A DNA stretch of 64,000 bases from Bigelowiella natans CCMP2755 (Eukaryota; Protista; Cercozoa), in contig ADNK01003301.1 of assembly GCA_000320545.1 (NCBI GenBank), positions 5,605 to 69,604 of the forward strand, written 5' to 3'. A model generated the notes under the pieces. The model was not told where the DNA came from. It did no database searches and was given only the letters and a program-made list of their open reading frames with translations. Position numbers and translations under genes: made by a program. Each line of letters starts with the position of its first letter. The stretch's first letter is position 1. Below, piece by piece: positions 12,749-24,162 of the stretch.

Positions 12749-14080
12749 ACTCTCTTCTCTTTTTCACACACATACATATTAAGAGAGAGTGAGAAAGAGA
12801 AAAAGAGAGAGAGAAAGCGAAAGGCTCACGCACAAACTCTATCACAACAAAGGTACACGGTGGCGATGGTACTCGCAATCATCGGCTTCGTCGCAACGAC
12901 ACGCTGGATGCTCTACACCGAGGTTGCTCCCAACGCTTGGTGGCACTTTTCTGGCTGCGGTATCTGTGGGATTGTGACGTCCTACCTCCTCGTCCTCATC
13001 ACTAAGTACTACACGGACTACGAAAACTCTCCTGTAATAGGCATTGCGCGCGCGAGCAAGTCGGGTCATGGGACCAACATAATTGCGGGGGTTGCCGTTG
13101 GAATGGAGTCGACTGGTCTGCCAATTGCTGTAATCTCAGTGGCTCTCATGATCTCCTATACACTCGGAAAGACCTCGGGACTCCCAGGAAACGCTGCTGG
13201 CGTGTTCGGTACTGCAGTGGCAACTATGGGCATGCTCTGTACCGCCGTCTTTGTGCTCTCCATGAACAACTTCGGACCCATCGCTGACAATGGCGGAGGA
13301 ATCGTCGAGATGAGCGGCCAGGGCGAGGAGATTCGCGAGATCACGGATATGCTTGACGCAGTTGGAAACGTCACTAAGGCTGCTTCCAAAGGCTACGCAG
13401 TCGGCGGATCAGCTCTCGCCTGCTTCGTGCTCTTCCAGGCCTTCCTCGACGAGATCAGCATCCTCATCAACAAGCCCTTCCAGAACATTGACATTGCCAA
13501 TGTCGAGGTGGTGATAGGCGGGATGCTGGGCGTGATGACGATCTTCCTCTTCACTGGATGGTCGATGGCCGCTGTGGGATCCACCGCCGAAAAAGTCGTG
13601 CAGGAGGTGCGGAGGCAGTTCCAAGCCATGCCTGGTATCATGGCCACCCCTCAGACACAACAGCCCGACTACACAACATGTGTCGCTATTGTGACAAAAG
13701 GAGCCCTCGGAGCGATGGTAAAACCCGCGTTACTTGCGTTGGCTATGCCTGTCGTTGTCGGCTTTAGCTTCCGTGCCATCGGTTCTTACACCAACCAGCC
13801 CTTGCTTGGATTAGAAGTAGTGGCAGGCTTCATGATGTTCGGCAGCATTACCGGCCTAATGATGGCTATCTTCCTCGACAATAGTGGAGGTGCATGGGAC
13901 AACGCAAAAAAACTAGTGGAAAAGTCTGGGCAGAAGGGCTCCGAGCAACACAAGGCCGCCGTGACGGGAGACACGGTCGGAGATCCTTTCAAAGACACTT
14001 CTGGTCCCTCCCTCCACGTCATCATTACAACGATGTCGACGACGATACTGGTCTTGGGACCCCTTTTCGCATCTTATTAA
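11162..14080 (+). CDS. Membrane H+-translocating pyrophosphatase, K+-independent (type II/AVP2-like); true start may lie upstream
   Basis: Motifs [60 protein letters not shown] and GDTVGDPFKDT. GNVTKAASKG carries the Lys diagnostic of K+-independent enzymes. At least 4 introns. Confidence 0.95.
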
Positions 14081-14269
14081 TACAAGTATTGATTTGCTGG
14101 TGATGAAGTGTATCAACTTTAGTGTTGGTGATGATGATGACGAACATAATAGTTCATATGAGTACATCAACCCGATATCATATGTTTGAATCTTTCAATG
14201 CAATCGGAATTCATTTTTAGTTTAAAAAAAATATTCAGGAGATGGATGAAGGAAATTAATGTATGAAGT

Positions 14270-15500
14270 TTCCTCACATGTCTTTGACTATGCCATACAT
14301 CTAAACATGTAGCAGCTACAATGTGTGCATGGCGCCCCAACTCTAGACTGGCGTGTGCGGCACCATGTTGATCATTGCTACTGTGCGTCGGCGTCATCAA
14401 ACGAAATCTTGCAAAAACAACTTAGCAGCCCTGTTAGCTAGACAGCGAATGGAATGAGCGGCTTGCGTGTTGAATTGAATGTGACACTTTTCACCGCACA
14501 TGCGAGCAATCTGCCCACATCATGGCAAAGCTAAGCGAGCACATGCTGTCAGCATGCTAGCATGCTAGCGTGCATGCTTGCTAGCTTGCCAGCCAGCATG
14601 CTTTTCATTCTCGCCTTGTTGTTGGTTTCCACCTCTCTAGCTCTCTCCCTCCTTCTCTCCCAATCTGTGCTAGCAATGCCAATGACCACATGCAATCGAT
14701 CAACTGTTCTGTCACTCACTAGCTCGCCCCAAAGGGTCGCGTGCTTGTGCATGCAAGCCTCCCTTCTCACTGCTGCCACTGGACTGGATGGCTAGCTAGC
14801 TGGCACGTCAGCAAGGCTGAAGGTGTGCTGCAGTGGTGGATGCCACCTGCAAGCACTGCAAACAAGTTGGATGCGGCCCAAGCAGGTGGACAAGGCTAGA
14901 AGGGGTGCACATTGAGCGCGCACACCACACAGGTCTGAAGGTCAGCCCACGGGGCCAGCTTGCTAGCTTGGGTGAACAAGGTTGCTTGTCAATGCTGTTG
15001 AACAGGCAAGCTAGCAAGGCAAATGGCGACGATGCAGTGCTCCAAACACACAGGTGGAGATGGCCTAGTTTTTGAAGTCTCTGAAAGAAAGAAAGAAACT
15101 TGATGATGGACTACATTTCCAAAATGTGAATGTTGCACTTGCAAAGTGCTAGAGCACAAAGTGCAATGCCTCGAGCTAAACACAGCTTTGAAGTCAATTC
15201 CCCTCCGACTGTGAGCATCATTGATGATGACTCCCACTTTTCGAGTTTTTTTTGCAGGAGTTTGCACCGAATTGTCATTATTAGGAGTGAGCTTCGACAA
15301 AAAAAAACATGTCATACAAGATGCAGACAATGTGACGCATGTTAGCTTGTAGAATATTTTTTTTTGGTTCGAGCTTCGACAAAAAGCTCATTAAAGCAAA
15401 CATTCAAAACACTCCACTTGAACAATGTTCAACACTGCCGAAATTAAGACATGTCAAATTTGCCTCAACAACAAACAACATTTACATGAACTAACCAGAT
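14270..15500. other. TpA-depleted, CTAG/CATG/TGCA-rich island (probable hypermutated repeat relic)
   Basis: Hand count 14521-15080: 13 TpA in 560 bp, 12 of them in CTAG. Confidence 0.75.
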
Positions 15501-15665
15501 CCATGATTAGCCGTTTAGGCAATTTATTCCAAAAAAGTTTGTTGAATGTAACTAACCAGATCTTTATTGTTATCCCTACTACTATTAATAGTCTTAGACC
15601 TAATCTTACATGTAGTAGTAGTTCATGACGGACGACGACCTGTAACGCACACCTCGACACTAGAC

Positions 15666-16211
15666 ATGCCAACGGAAATGGATACTACTAAATCTACACA
15701 GGACGTGATGAATGTTGGCCACACGCCAGCGGTCGCTGAATCGAAGGAATCACCGTCTTGTGGGTTCGATGAAAAGTCACCTTGGATCCGTGTAGGATGT
15801 TCAGTTAACGGTGTCCCAAACATGTGTGGAGGGCTAAATTGTTTGCTCATTCCATGCTCTGGAATTTTCTGTGGATGTCCTGTTTTCCACATGCAAATAC
15901 CTTACATGAACAACAAATTGCCAAACCCAAATAAGGAACCTATTCTGGGTTGCTGCAGCTGCGAAGATATTGATGAGTACAATTGTCCGACTTGTTGGGT
16001 TCCATCGCCTGTGTCTCTTCCATGCTGCCTGCTGTGCTTCGTTCCTGTAGCCATTTTGAGTGTCTGCTCTGACAAGTTCGAAGCTGGTCCATGCTGTTAT
16101 TTTTGTTTTTTCGCTGGAGTTCTTCCTTCATCTAAAAGTTGCTGTTACCTTCCGTGTGCTCTCATGGATCAATTACCGAATAAATGGATTTCAATGAAAG
16201 ACGAGTGGTAG
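15666..16211 (+). CDS. Intronless Cys-rich hypothetical protein (181 aa)
   Basis: Clean, non-repetitive ORF from ATG 15666 with 22 Cys, including four CC pairs, and a hydrophobic C-terminal half. No family recognised. Confidence 0.6.
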   Translation: MPTEMDTTKSTQDVMNVGHTPAVAESKESPSCGFDEKSPWIRVGCSVNGVPNMCGGLNCLLIPCSGIFCGCPVFHMQIPYMNNKLPNPNKEPILGCCSCEDIDEYNCPTCWVPSPVSLPCCLLCFVPVAILSVCSDKFEAGPCCYFCFFAGVLPSSKSCCYLPCALMDQLPNKWISMKDEW

Positions 16212-16489
16212 TTTCTGTGAAGGTTCCACGGACGCGAATGATAATATCCCTAAACATAGAAGTGGTTCATGATTGCATGGTGGACACACCCTCACGACAT
16301 TGCAACCTGAGGAGCCTCTTGATAAGCTACTCAACACGGAGTAGTGCTAAATCTAATGTATTTTTCGAAAATCGACCTCCGACCTCTCCATTTCACACGC
16401 TGATTTTAACCAAAATGATTCAGCTAGAACGTCTGACCCCTTCATTGATGCTTGAAATGAAACAACTATTGGCACAGTATGTATCATTA

Positions 16490-16645
16490 TATTATGAGAC
16501 GGATGTGATGAACTCAATTGATTTTTTTCAACAGCCATCCTAATGTAGCTTTACAAAGCATATGTACATTATATATTTGTATATATATATATGAGACGGA
16601 TGTAATGGAATGTTTAAATTTTTTCAATGGTCATCCTAATGTAGC

Positions 16646-16684
<39 letters not shown>

Positions 16685-16762
16685 AGAGACGGATGCAATG
16701 ATTAATTTAAATTTTATCAATGATCATCTTAATGTAGCTATGTAAAGCAGCGGCCACAGCGT
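16490..16762 (-). mobile_element. Three tandem 3' ends of the (TA)n-tailed non-LTR element separated by (TA)n
   Basis: Three copies of gagacggatgYRatg...tca..catc.taatgtagct, each preceded on + by TA-rich or (TA)n runs. Confidence 0.85.
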
Positions 16763-17084
16763 ACATACCGTGATTCATCGCATCCATGTGATGGCGATTC
16801 TGGGCAGTTTGATAGTGTCCGAGGAGGGTGTGTAGTATCAGTGTCTAGCCGAGCCGTTTCAAAGGCACCGGTCTGGTGTCATCACCCAGCTATTCTAGTA
16901 TTGTTGTCGCAGAAAGCAGCAAATGCTGCCTGATGCATGTACACATGTGTGTGCGTCGAATGTAGACGAAAATTTGGGTATGTGGGCATGCAGCTTCATG
17001 CTGTCACGAGGATCGAATGTGTGACATTGCCGATTCGGCACGCTCCGCGACTTGTGGCATCATTTTTCGCATATGGCGGATAGT

Positions 17085-17341
17085 AACACGTGGTGCTGCC
17101 ACCACTGTTGCAGTCCGTGGCAGGATGTCCAATGCCGATCGCGCGCAGTTGCTAGCGCAGAGTGGGCACTTGTTCAAATGAATTATGTGTTGCTTTGTGA
17201 ATGTTGAGCGCATGCGCAGAAACAGTCAAGAATGCGATCGGAATGTTCATGCAGAACATTCCCAGATCTTGCGCGGCTGGCCAATGGCAATTTGAATTGC
17301 CCCAACCGCTAGTTGCAACAGTGGTGGCAGCACCACGTGTT
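17085..17341. repeat. Perfect 28-bp inverted repeat around a 201-bp spacer (MITE-like)
   Basis: aacacgtggtgctgccaccactgttgca (17085-17112) is the exact reverse complement of 17314-17341. Confidence 0.85.
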
Positions 17342-17947
17342 GCAGGATGACATGCGGACCATTTGTTGATGAGCTGCCCTGAGCATATCTAGATATGCTC
17401 AACAACGCTTGGCAATCAATTGACTGCCTTCATGGCCGGCGGAGAGCTAGAGATGACGAAACCAAGCGACTGTCTAGCTAGCGCTAGGGAAGGGAAACAA
17501 AACTAGAAAATAGGGCGCGTGCAGCATGCACGATGCGCACGCCATTTTCTTCATTTAATTTCGTGCACGAATGTGTGCATGTGCAATTTCTAGATTTGAG
17601 CGCTCTAGCGCTGCATGGCAGCCGATGCATTCTAACAGTTGCACAGCTGTCATTGGGATTTGTTATATTCGATCTAGTATACACGCGAAATGAATATTGC
17701 GAATGTTGTGCATATTGCCCGTGCGTCCTGCCATTATTTTAGTCGTTCATATCCTCTCACGATGGCCATGTTGCAGAGCTACGACAATCTCATCGTCATG
17801 CATAAAATTATTAGACACTTTTCTTATTATTATAGCGTTGTAACGAAGCACAACAACCACGTCTCTTAACATTTAAGCGAGTTGCATTCATAGATGGCCT
17901 ACTTCTAGGCTTAAATATGCCTCAGACTGCTTCCATGACGATCTCTA

Positions 17948-20876
17948 TTATGCAACCGACTTCACAGAATCAATGATTTCTCTCTCCAAATTTGGAGGGA
18001 CAAAATCATATGAGTGAAGTTGCATCTGGTACTGGGCTCTTCCCTTTGATATGGACCTCAGTGTGGAGACGTACTGGAACATCTCCGAGAGAGGAACTAG
18101 AGCCGACACTTGCTTAACGTTACCACGATCTCCCATCTCGAGGACTTGTCCACGTCTGGAGTTGATATCACCGATAACATCTCCCATGTGTTCTTCAGGG
18201 GTAGTGACATCGACCTTCATAATAGGCTCGCTAAGACGTGCCTTAGCCTTCATCATACCTTCTCTGAATGCAGCACGAGCAGCAATTTCGAAAGCCATAA
18301 CAGAGGAGTCTACATCGTGATATGCGCCATCAAGAAGGGTAGCTTTAAATCCGAGGACAGGGAACCCTGCAAGAGGTCCTCGAGTGGTCTCAGACTCAAT
18401 ACCTTTAACGACACCAGGAATGTACTCCTTAGGCACGGTACCTCCCTTGATTTCCGAAACGAACTGGAATCCCTCAGAGGATTCGTCATCTTCAGCTGGC
18501 GTCCAGGGTTCGAAGTCCACGACGATGCGTGCGTACTGGCCAGATCCTCCAGATTGCTTCTTGTGTGTGTAGTCGATGTTAGCCTTCTTCGTGATAGCCT
18601 CGCGGTAAGCGACCTGAGGAGCGCCGACATTGCACTCTACGTTGAACTCACGGCGCATACGATCCACAATGATGTCAAGGTGCAGCTCTCCCATACCCTC
18701 AATAACAGTCTGACCCGATTGTTCATCACGAGAGTATCTGAAGGAAGGATCTTCTTGTGCCAGTTTGTAAAGAGCGTTGGCCATCTTTTCCTGGTCACCC
18801 TTGGACTTAGGTTCAACAGCGATCTTAATGACAGGTTCAGGGAAGTCCATCTTTTCAAGAATCACAGGGTTCTCAGCGTCGCAGAGAGTTTCTCCAGTGG
18901 TAGTATCCTTCATTCCAACAAGCGCAACGATGTCGCCGGCACGGGCCTCAGGGATTTCCTCTCGGCTGTTTGCATGCATCAAAACCATACGAGACACGCG
19001 CTCCTTTTTACCCTTAACAGAGTTAATGATCTGGTCGCCTTGCTTGAGAACACCGGAGTAGATGCGTGCGAAGGTAAGTGTTCCCACATAAGGGTCAGTA
19101 GCAATCTTGAACGCGAGCGCCGAGAAAGGTTCGTCGTCGCTGCTGATACGCTGTGTCTCCTCCCCGTCCTTCGTCTCACCCTTGATGGCTTCTACATCGA
19201 TAGGAGCAGGTAGGAAGTCCACAACTGCGTCTAGCAATGGCTGTACACCCTTGTTCTTGAAAGCAGTTCCGAGCATGACGGGCACGAATTCGAAGTTGAG
19301 GGTACCTTTACGAATAAGCTTTTTCAAGGTCGCCTCGTCAGGTTCCTCGCCCTCCAAATATTGTTCCATAGCATCGTCGTCCATTTCGACAGCAGCCTCG
19401 ATCATTTTTTCACGGTACTCATCAGCCTTCTCCTTGAGGTCGTCAGGAATTTCAGTCTCCTCGAAGCTAGCTCCCAGACTCTCGTCGTTCCAGACAATTG
19501 CCTTCATCTTAACAAGGTCGATTACACCCTTGAAGTCGGATTCAGTGCCAATTGGTAACTGCATAGCGACAGGTCGTGCCCCAAGCTGCTTCTCAATCGA
19601 CTCAAGGCAGTAGTAAAAGTCAGCACCAACTCGGTCCATCTTGTTGCAAAAACAGATCCTTGGCACCTTATATCTGAAATATGATAGATACCAATCAAAA
19701 CAACGAAAACAGGTAGGATCATCAATATGTATTGTGGTGTGAGAAGGCGTTGATGTAGGACGGTGCTGCCATCGAAAATAAGCTGAAAAATCCGGCCACT
19801 CACTCCCTGCTATGTACACACCTGTCAGCCTGGCGCCAAACAGTCTCAGATTGTGGTTCAACACCAGAAACACCGTCGAAGACAGCAACTGCACCATCAA
19901 GAACGCGGAGGGATCGCTCAACCTCTAGGGTAAAGTCGACGTGTCCGGGCGTATCGATGATGTTGATACGGTGATCTTTCCAGAAAGTGGTAGTGGCAGC
20001 TGATGTAATAGTGATTCCACGTTCCTAATTGTATGATACAGAAAAACTATGGATCAATCGATGAAAATATGAATTATGTGTCTGGTGAGTGAGAATGCAC
20101 ATGCCGTTGAACTGTGATAGTCATCGAGTTGAGTAGAATGTTGTTAAGGATATAATGTTTATTACAAACATTTATATACCTGCTCTTGTACCATCCAGTC
20201 CATAGTCGCACCACCATCATGAACTTCACCGATTTTATACGACTTTCCGGTGTAATATAGGATTCGCTCTGTTGTTGTGGTCTTGCCAGCGTCGATGTGA
20301 GCCATGATCCCGATGTTACGATACATATCCAAAGGAATTTCTCTGAAAAACATATGCAACAAGGAATGCGCCGTAGGTCAGCTCTTGACTGAAAATTCTG
20401 ACCCGATTACTTATTAAATACGCGCCCTCTACACTAACACCCATACCGGATCCACTTCATTTATACCTTTTTCCTGCTTCAGCTGCAGCAGCATTTACCA
20501 CAGTCGATCTTGGAGCATTATTGAGGATTTGTCGAGAAATTTTGGGAGCCTGATCTCTCTTGCGCTCAAGCATCACCTTCTGACAGAAAAGAAGACACAT
20601 CGTCCGTCAGAATTGAGTATGCAATTTCTTTCCATCATCTATTCTCGCATCAACTTTAAGACGTGTGTGCGTATGTGTGCACGTTTGTGTGGGGAAGGGA
20701 TACAAATATAACATTTTGTAACTAGGGTTCTTCTACTGCTTACTCGTGGTGGAAGCACAGAGCGAGAGAATACGGAAGGGGGTGCGCGTACGGAGATCTT
20801 AGGTTGGGTGCTTACGACAGGAGCAGCCACATCTATGATTATCAATTGCACACTGTTAATTCTTTATTTATTCACA

Positions 20877-20910
<34 letters not shown>

Positions 20911-21070
20911 TGACGGAACCTGCGGTAATTCCGGAGTATGTAAAAGCAAAGACTCCGATCAAACCAACTGCCAACACAGCATTCAGGGCAAGACTCCAGC
21001 TCAAGCGCCTGGAACGCCTCGATCCTACTGATCCCTCCAGCCCGAAACTTGTATAATTTGTAGTCTGCAT
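17948..21070 (-). CDS. fusA: Plastid-targeted translation elongation factor G; 6 exons
   Basis: [59 protein letters not shown]. Leader: [27 protein letters not shown] (signal) followed by an S/R/P-rich transit-like region [30 protein letters not shown]. Confidence 0.97.
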
Positions 21071-21763
21071 CCCTTCACTGTGAATACCAAACGACGACGT
21101 TCATCATCCGTACCGTAAATGACACATCGCACTTAACAAAAGGAAAGAAATTTCGTGAAATGTTTCGCAACAACGAAAAATGGATAGTAACAAATATCCA
21201 CATACAAAATATCATCGACAATCGCCCAGAAGCGCGTTTGAAATGCTAAAATCCGAACAAGGGCATTTTGTGGTGGTAGGGGGGTAGAATCACCTGCAAC
21301 TCGTGTGGTCGTACAGAATTTAAGACTTATCTAGAAGTGCTACGACCTTGTGTTTGGCCCTTTTCAAAGTTACGTTGGGGAAAACTGGTATAAACTTAAG
21401 GACGTTTTAATCGTGAATCGATGGCATTTTGGAAAACAGTGAACCATACAAAGTGCTTTGCGACTCAGCTGTCGGCCCATTGAAGGAAATAAAAAAGCGG
21501 TAGGGTTAGTGTCAAGATACTGACGGATATTAATCGGGTACTGACCGGACAGGATGACTTTGTTGCCGCTTCTCATGCTTGCGTATCCAGACCCACGTAA
21601 TTTTAGTGAATAATCTCTGGATGCTCTCTCGATATCCATGTGACTATTGGTAGTGTCCGACAGTGTCCGAACAGATTTTCTGAGATAGTCCCCAGAGTTT
21701 CTCCACATTGGCTCTCCTACCACCGAATCTCAAAAAAGGGTTGCTAGACCTTATCGTAGAAAA

Positions 21764-23015
21764 ATGGCGTTTTCGGGATCATTCGCTTGGTCTGCAGCTG
21801 CGAAGACATTGCTCAGGTACGCATTGACAGTTGGGATACAATTGGAAGCTTTGTTTTTTGGATCATAAAGACCTATGCACGTAGAGTCTTCTCCTGGTTC
21901 ACCAAAATGCATTCGTGTTTGTATTTTGTTACATAAGGAGTGCAAGGCGAGGTCTGGCAAATCCTTATGCAGCGATAACCAAACTGTCTGGAACAGTACG
22001 TCCTCGAATGGCACCCATTTTTACGATCAGCTCGGCAACTGTCGGGATCTTTGCCGCTTCTGAGTACATGATGGCCAGTAACGCGAGTAACAACAAGATG
22101 CTACCATCGACGACTGGCGACAGCATTCGTGCGTACTTGGGGTTATCGACGGCATACGCAAAATGGTCACATTGTTGAAGACACAAGCATGCAATGATTA
22201 CAATCAGATATTTCAAAATATCATTGTAGTAAGGCACATGTTTATGCGAAACAATCTTGGTTAGAGTACCATAGATGATGCGCCGTTATATTTGCATCAG
22301 GGAAAAAGCCCCAAGGCAGAATGTTATCATTCAGGGAAAACCATTCAAAGTGACCGCAGAAAAATCAGCCGACAATTTGTACGTTACAATTGTCGATTTG
22401 TTCGGGTAATAACAATAAGCATATAAATATATTCTTCACTTCAACTCAACCGAACTGTGGAACTGTTTCTACCAGGGAAAAAGCATTTGATCCATGCGTG
22501 CCATTCTGCAACGCATGTATAACCAAAGATGGGCATATATTTGTCTCTGGGACGATTGGAATTCATCCTGGTACCGCTACTCTCGTCGAGGGAGGTATTG
22601 GAGCGGAAACTACAGGTCATTTACTACAAACATTCACCTGCACAATACAATATTTTTCACCCCACCCTTTAAATTGCATCTGTACTATGATATAGCGATT
22701 ATGGTACTAATCGAAGCTGCTCTAAAATCTTGCGGAGCGTCAATGGACGACTTAACGAATGTCAACGGTAAGATAAAAAGGTCCAACTTACCAGCGATTG
22801 GTGATGAATGTGAAAACATACATAGTCGATTATAATGTTATTTTTCAGTGTTTCTAAAAGATAACAATGGCCCAAGATTCAGAGAAATGAATCGCGCATA
22901 CATAAAGTATTTTAAGGGAACCCCGTTGCCAGCACGGATCACAGTAGGTTGTGGTAACTTAGCGCTCGGGGCCAACGTTGAAATTCAGGCGACTGCGTAC
23001 CGCAAGTCATCATAA
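21764..23015 (+). CDS. ridA: RidA/YjgF/UK114-family imine deaminase with probable mitochondrial leader; multi-exon
   Basis: Spliced: HIFVSGTIGIHPGTATLVEGGIGAETT|AIMVLIEAALKSCGASMDDLTNVN|VFLKD...FREMNRAYIKYFKGTPLPARITVGCGNLALGANVEIQATA. Catalytic PAR Arg and VEI retained. The 5' exons (MAFSGSFAWSAAAKTLLR|SARRGL...) are less certain. Confidence 0.85.
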
Positions 23016-23539
23016 CCACCCCCACTAAATTGTACCATCAGCGTGGCGTACTGGTGAATCGTATATCCGCGTTTAATGCATGGAGAGAGTTGTGACACGC
23101 ATGCGTGCATGTGCTGCGCACATATAACAGAGACATAGTTTTATTTGTTTCTATTATCATCGTTGTGAGCGGAACGGATTCGTCCATGCGTTGCGTTCGC
23201 AGCCACAGGTGTTCGGCTCTATCTTCTGACGACCAATGTGGCCTATGAAAACTGCTACAGTCTATGCCAGCGCTATGACAGCAAAGCTAATGTGTTGTCT
23301 TTTTGCGTTGCTTGCAGCGCGACGCAGAGCGCTGCGAAGGATGGGATCTGGTGATATAGTGAGATCGACTTTGGCACCTTGTGCTGTCGCCCTAGCTGCG
23401 CAGTGCGTGCGTACCTTGTGGAAGGCAAAGACCATGTGCTACTTGCACGCCTTGCGCATGTTCACTGCCATAAACTCAGCTTGCATTTTGCATGTGCATG
23501 CGAACCACAATTGCATTGTCCTATAGTCCTTGTATGCAC

Positions 23540-24000
23540 GATGCGTGCCATCTATGGGGTAGGCAATCTTGGAAAATTCATGTTGCCCTTATGACAATGT
23601 GAGGAAGCAGACGTATAGACGCCGCCACATGTGACACATGTGGTGTCATCAAAGACATGCATCATCATCTCCTTCAATGTGAGGCATGCGAACACCAACA
23701 GCTCATCAGATCCCGAAACCAATTGAATGCCATCATGAATCGAAACGACGACACGAAATATAACAACGAACTGAAGCTGGAAAAGAAGCACGGACCGCTG
23801 CGCGCGCACCGCTAGACCTAAAGACCACACGACATCGACGACAAGGTACATGCAGATGCTTTCAAATGCATGATATAATGAAACACATGATGGACGAGAC
23901 AAGTGGACACAACCCAAGCGCTGTATATAGCCGCCGCTGCTTTGCACAGCTACAATTGGGATAACCGCTGAAAAGATTCAATCACTTCATTTCGTCTCAC
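23540..24000 (+). mobile_element. 5'-truncated degenerate copy of the non-LTR element (zinc-knuckle region plus 3' end)
   Basis: Colinear with the reverse complement of ~61560-61975: gatgcgtgccat, gacaatgtga.gaagcaga, catctccttcaatg.gaggcatgcgaaca, catgaatcgaaacga, gcagatgcttt.aaatgcatga, cgtctca. Confidence 0.85.
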
Positions 24001-24162
24001 AATTGTTCACTCGATAGCTTAGATCTCACAGTGCCGCGCAAGCGCGCGCTAAACCACAAGATGTTGGTGAACCTCAATCATGAATTTTTCGACTGTAATT
24101 GACAAATTGTAAAATTACGGGATGCATTCATGTTCTATGTGCAACAATTTGCATCATGTTTC

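Noticed and set aside
14270-15500. Classical RIP or CpG-methylation decay
   Set aside because: RIP raises TpA, and CpG is still common here and at 60.8 kb (gcgcgcgg); the missing dinucleotide is TpA.
16490-16762. CRISPR-like repeat/spacer array
   Set aside because: Eukaryotic context, degenerate units, (TA)n spacers, no cas genes; explained as retroelement ends.
18051-19613. Long antisense ORFs over EF-G (also over PPase, RPS3 and DENND4)
   Set aside because: Shadow ORFs from codon bias; no recognisable protein.
21370-22237. Minus-strand ORFs between EF-G and RidA
   Set aside because: No recognisable product; better explained as promoter and antisense to RidA 5' exons.
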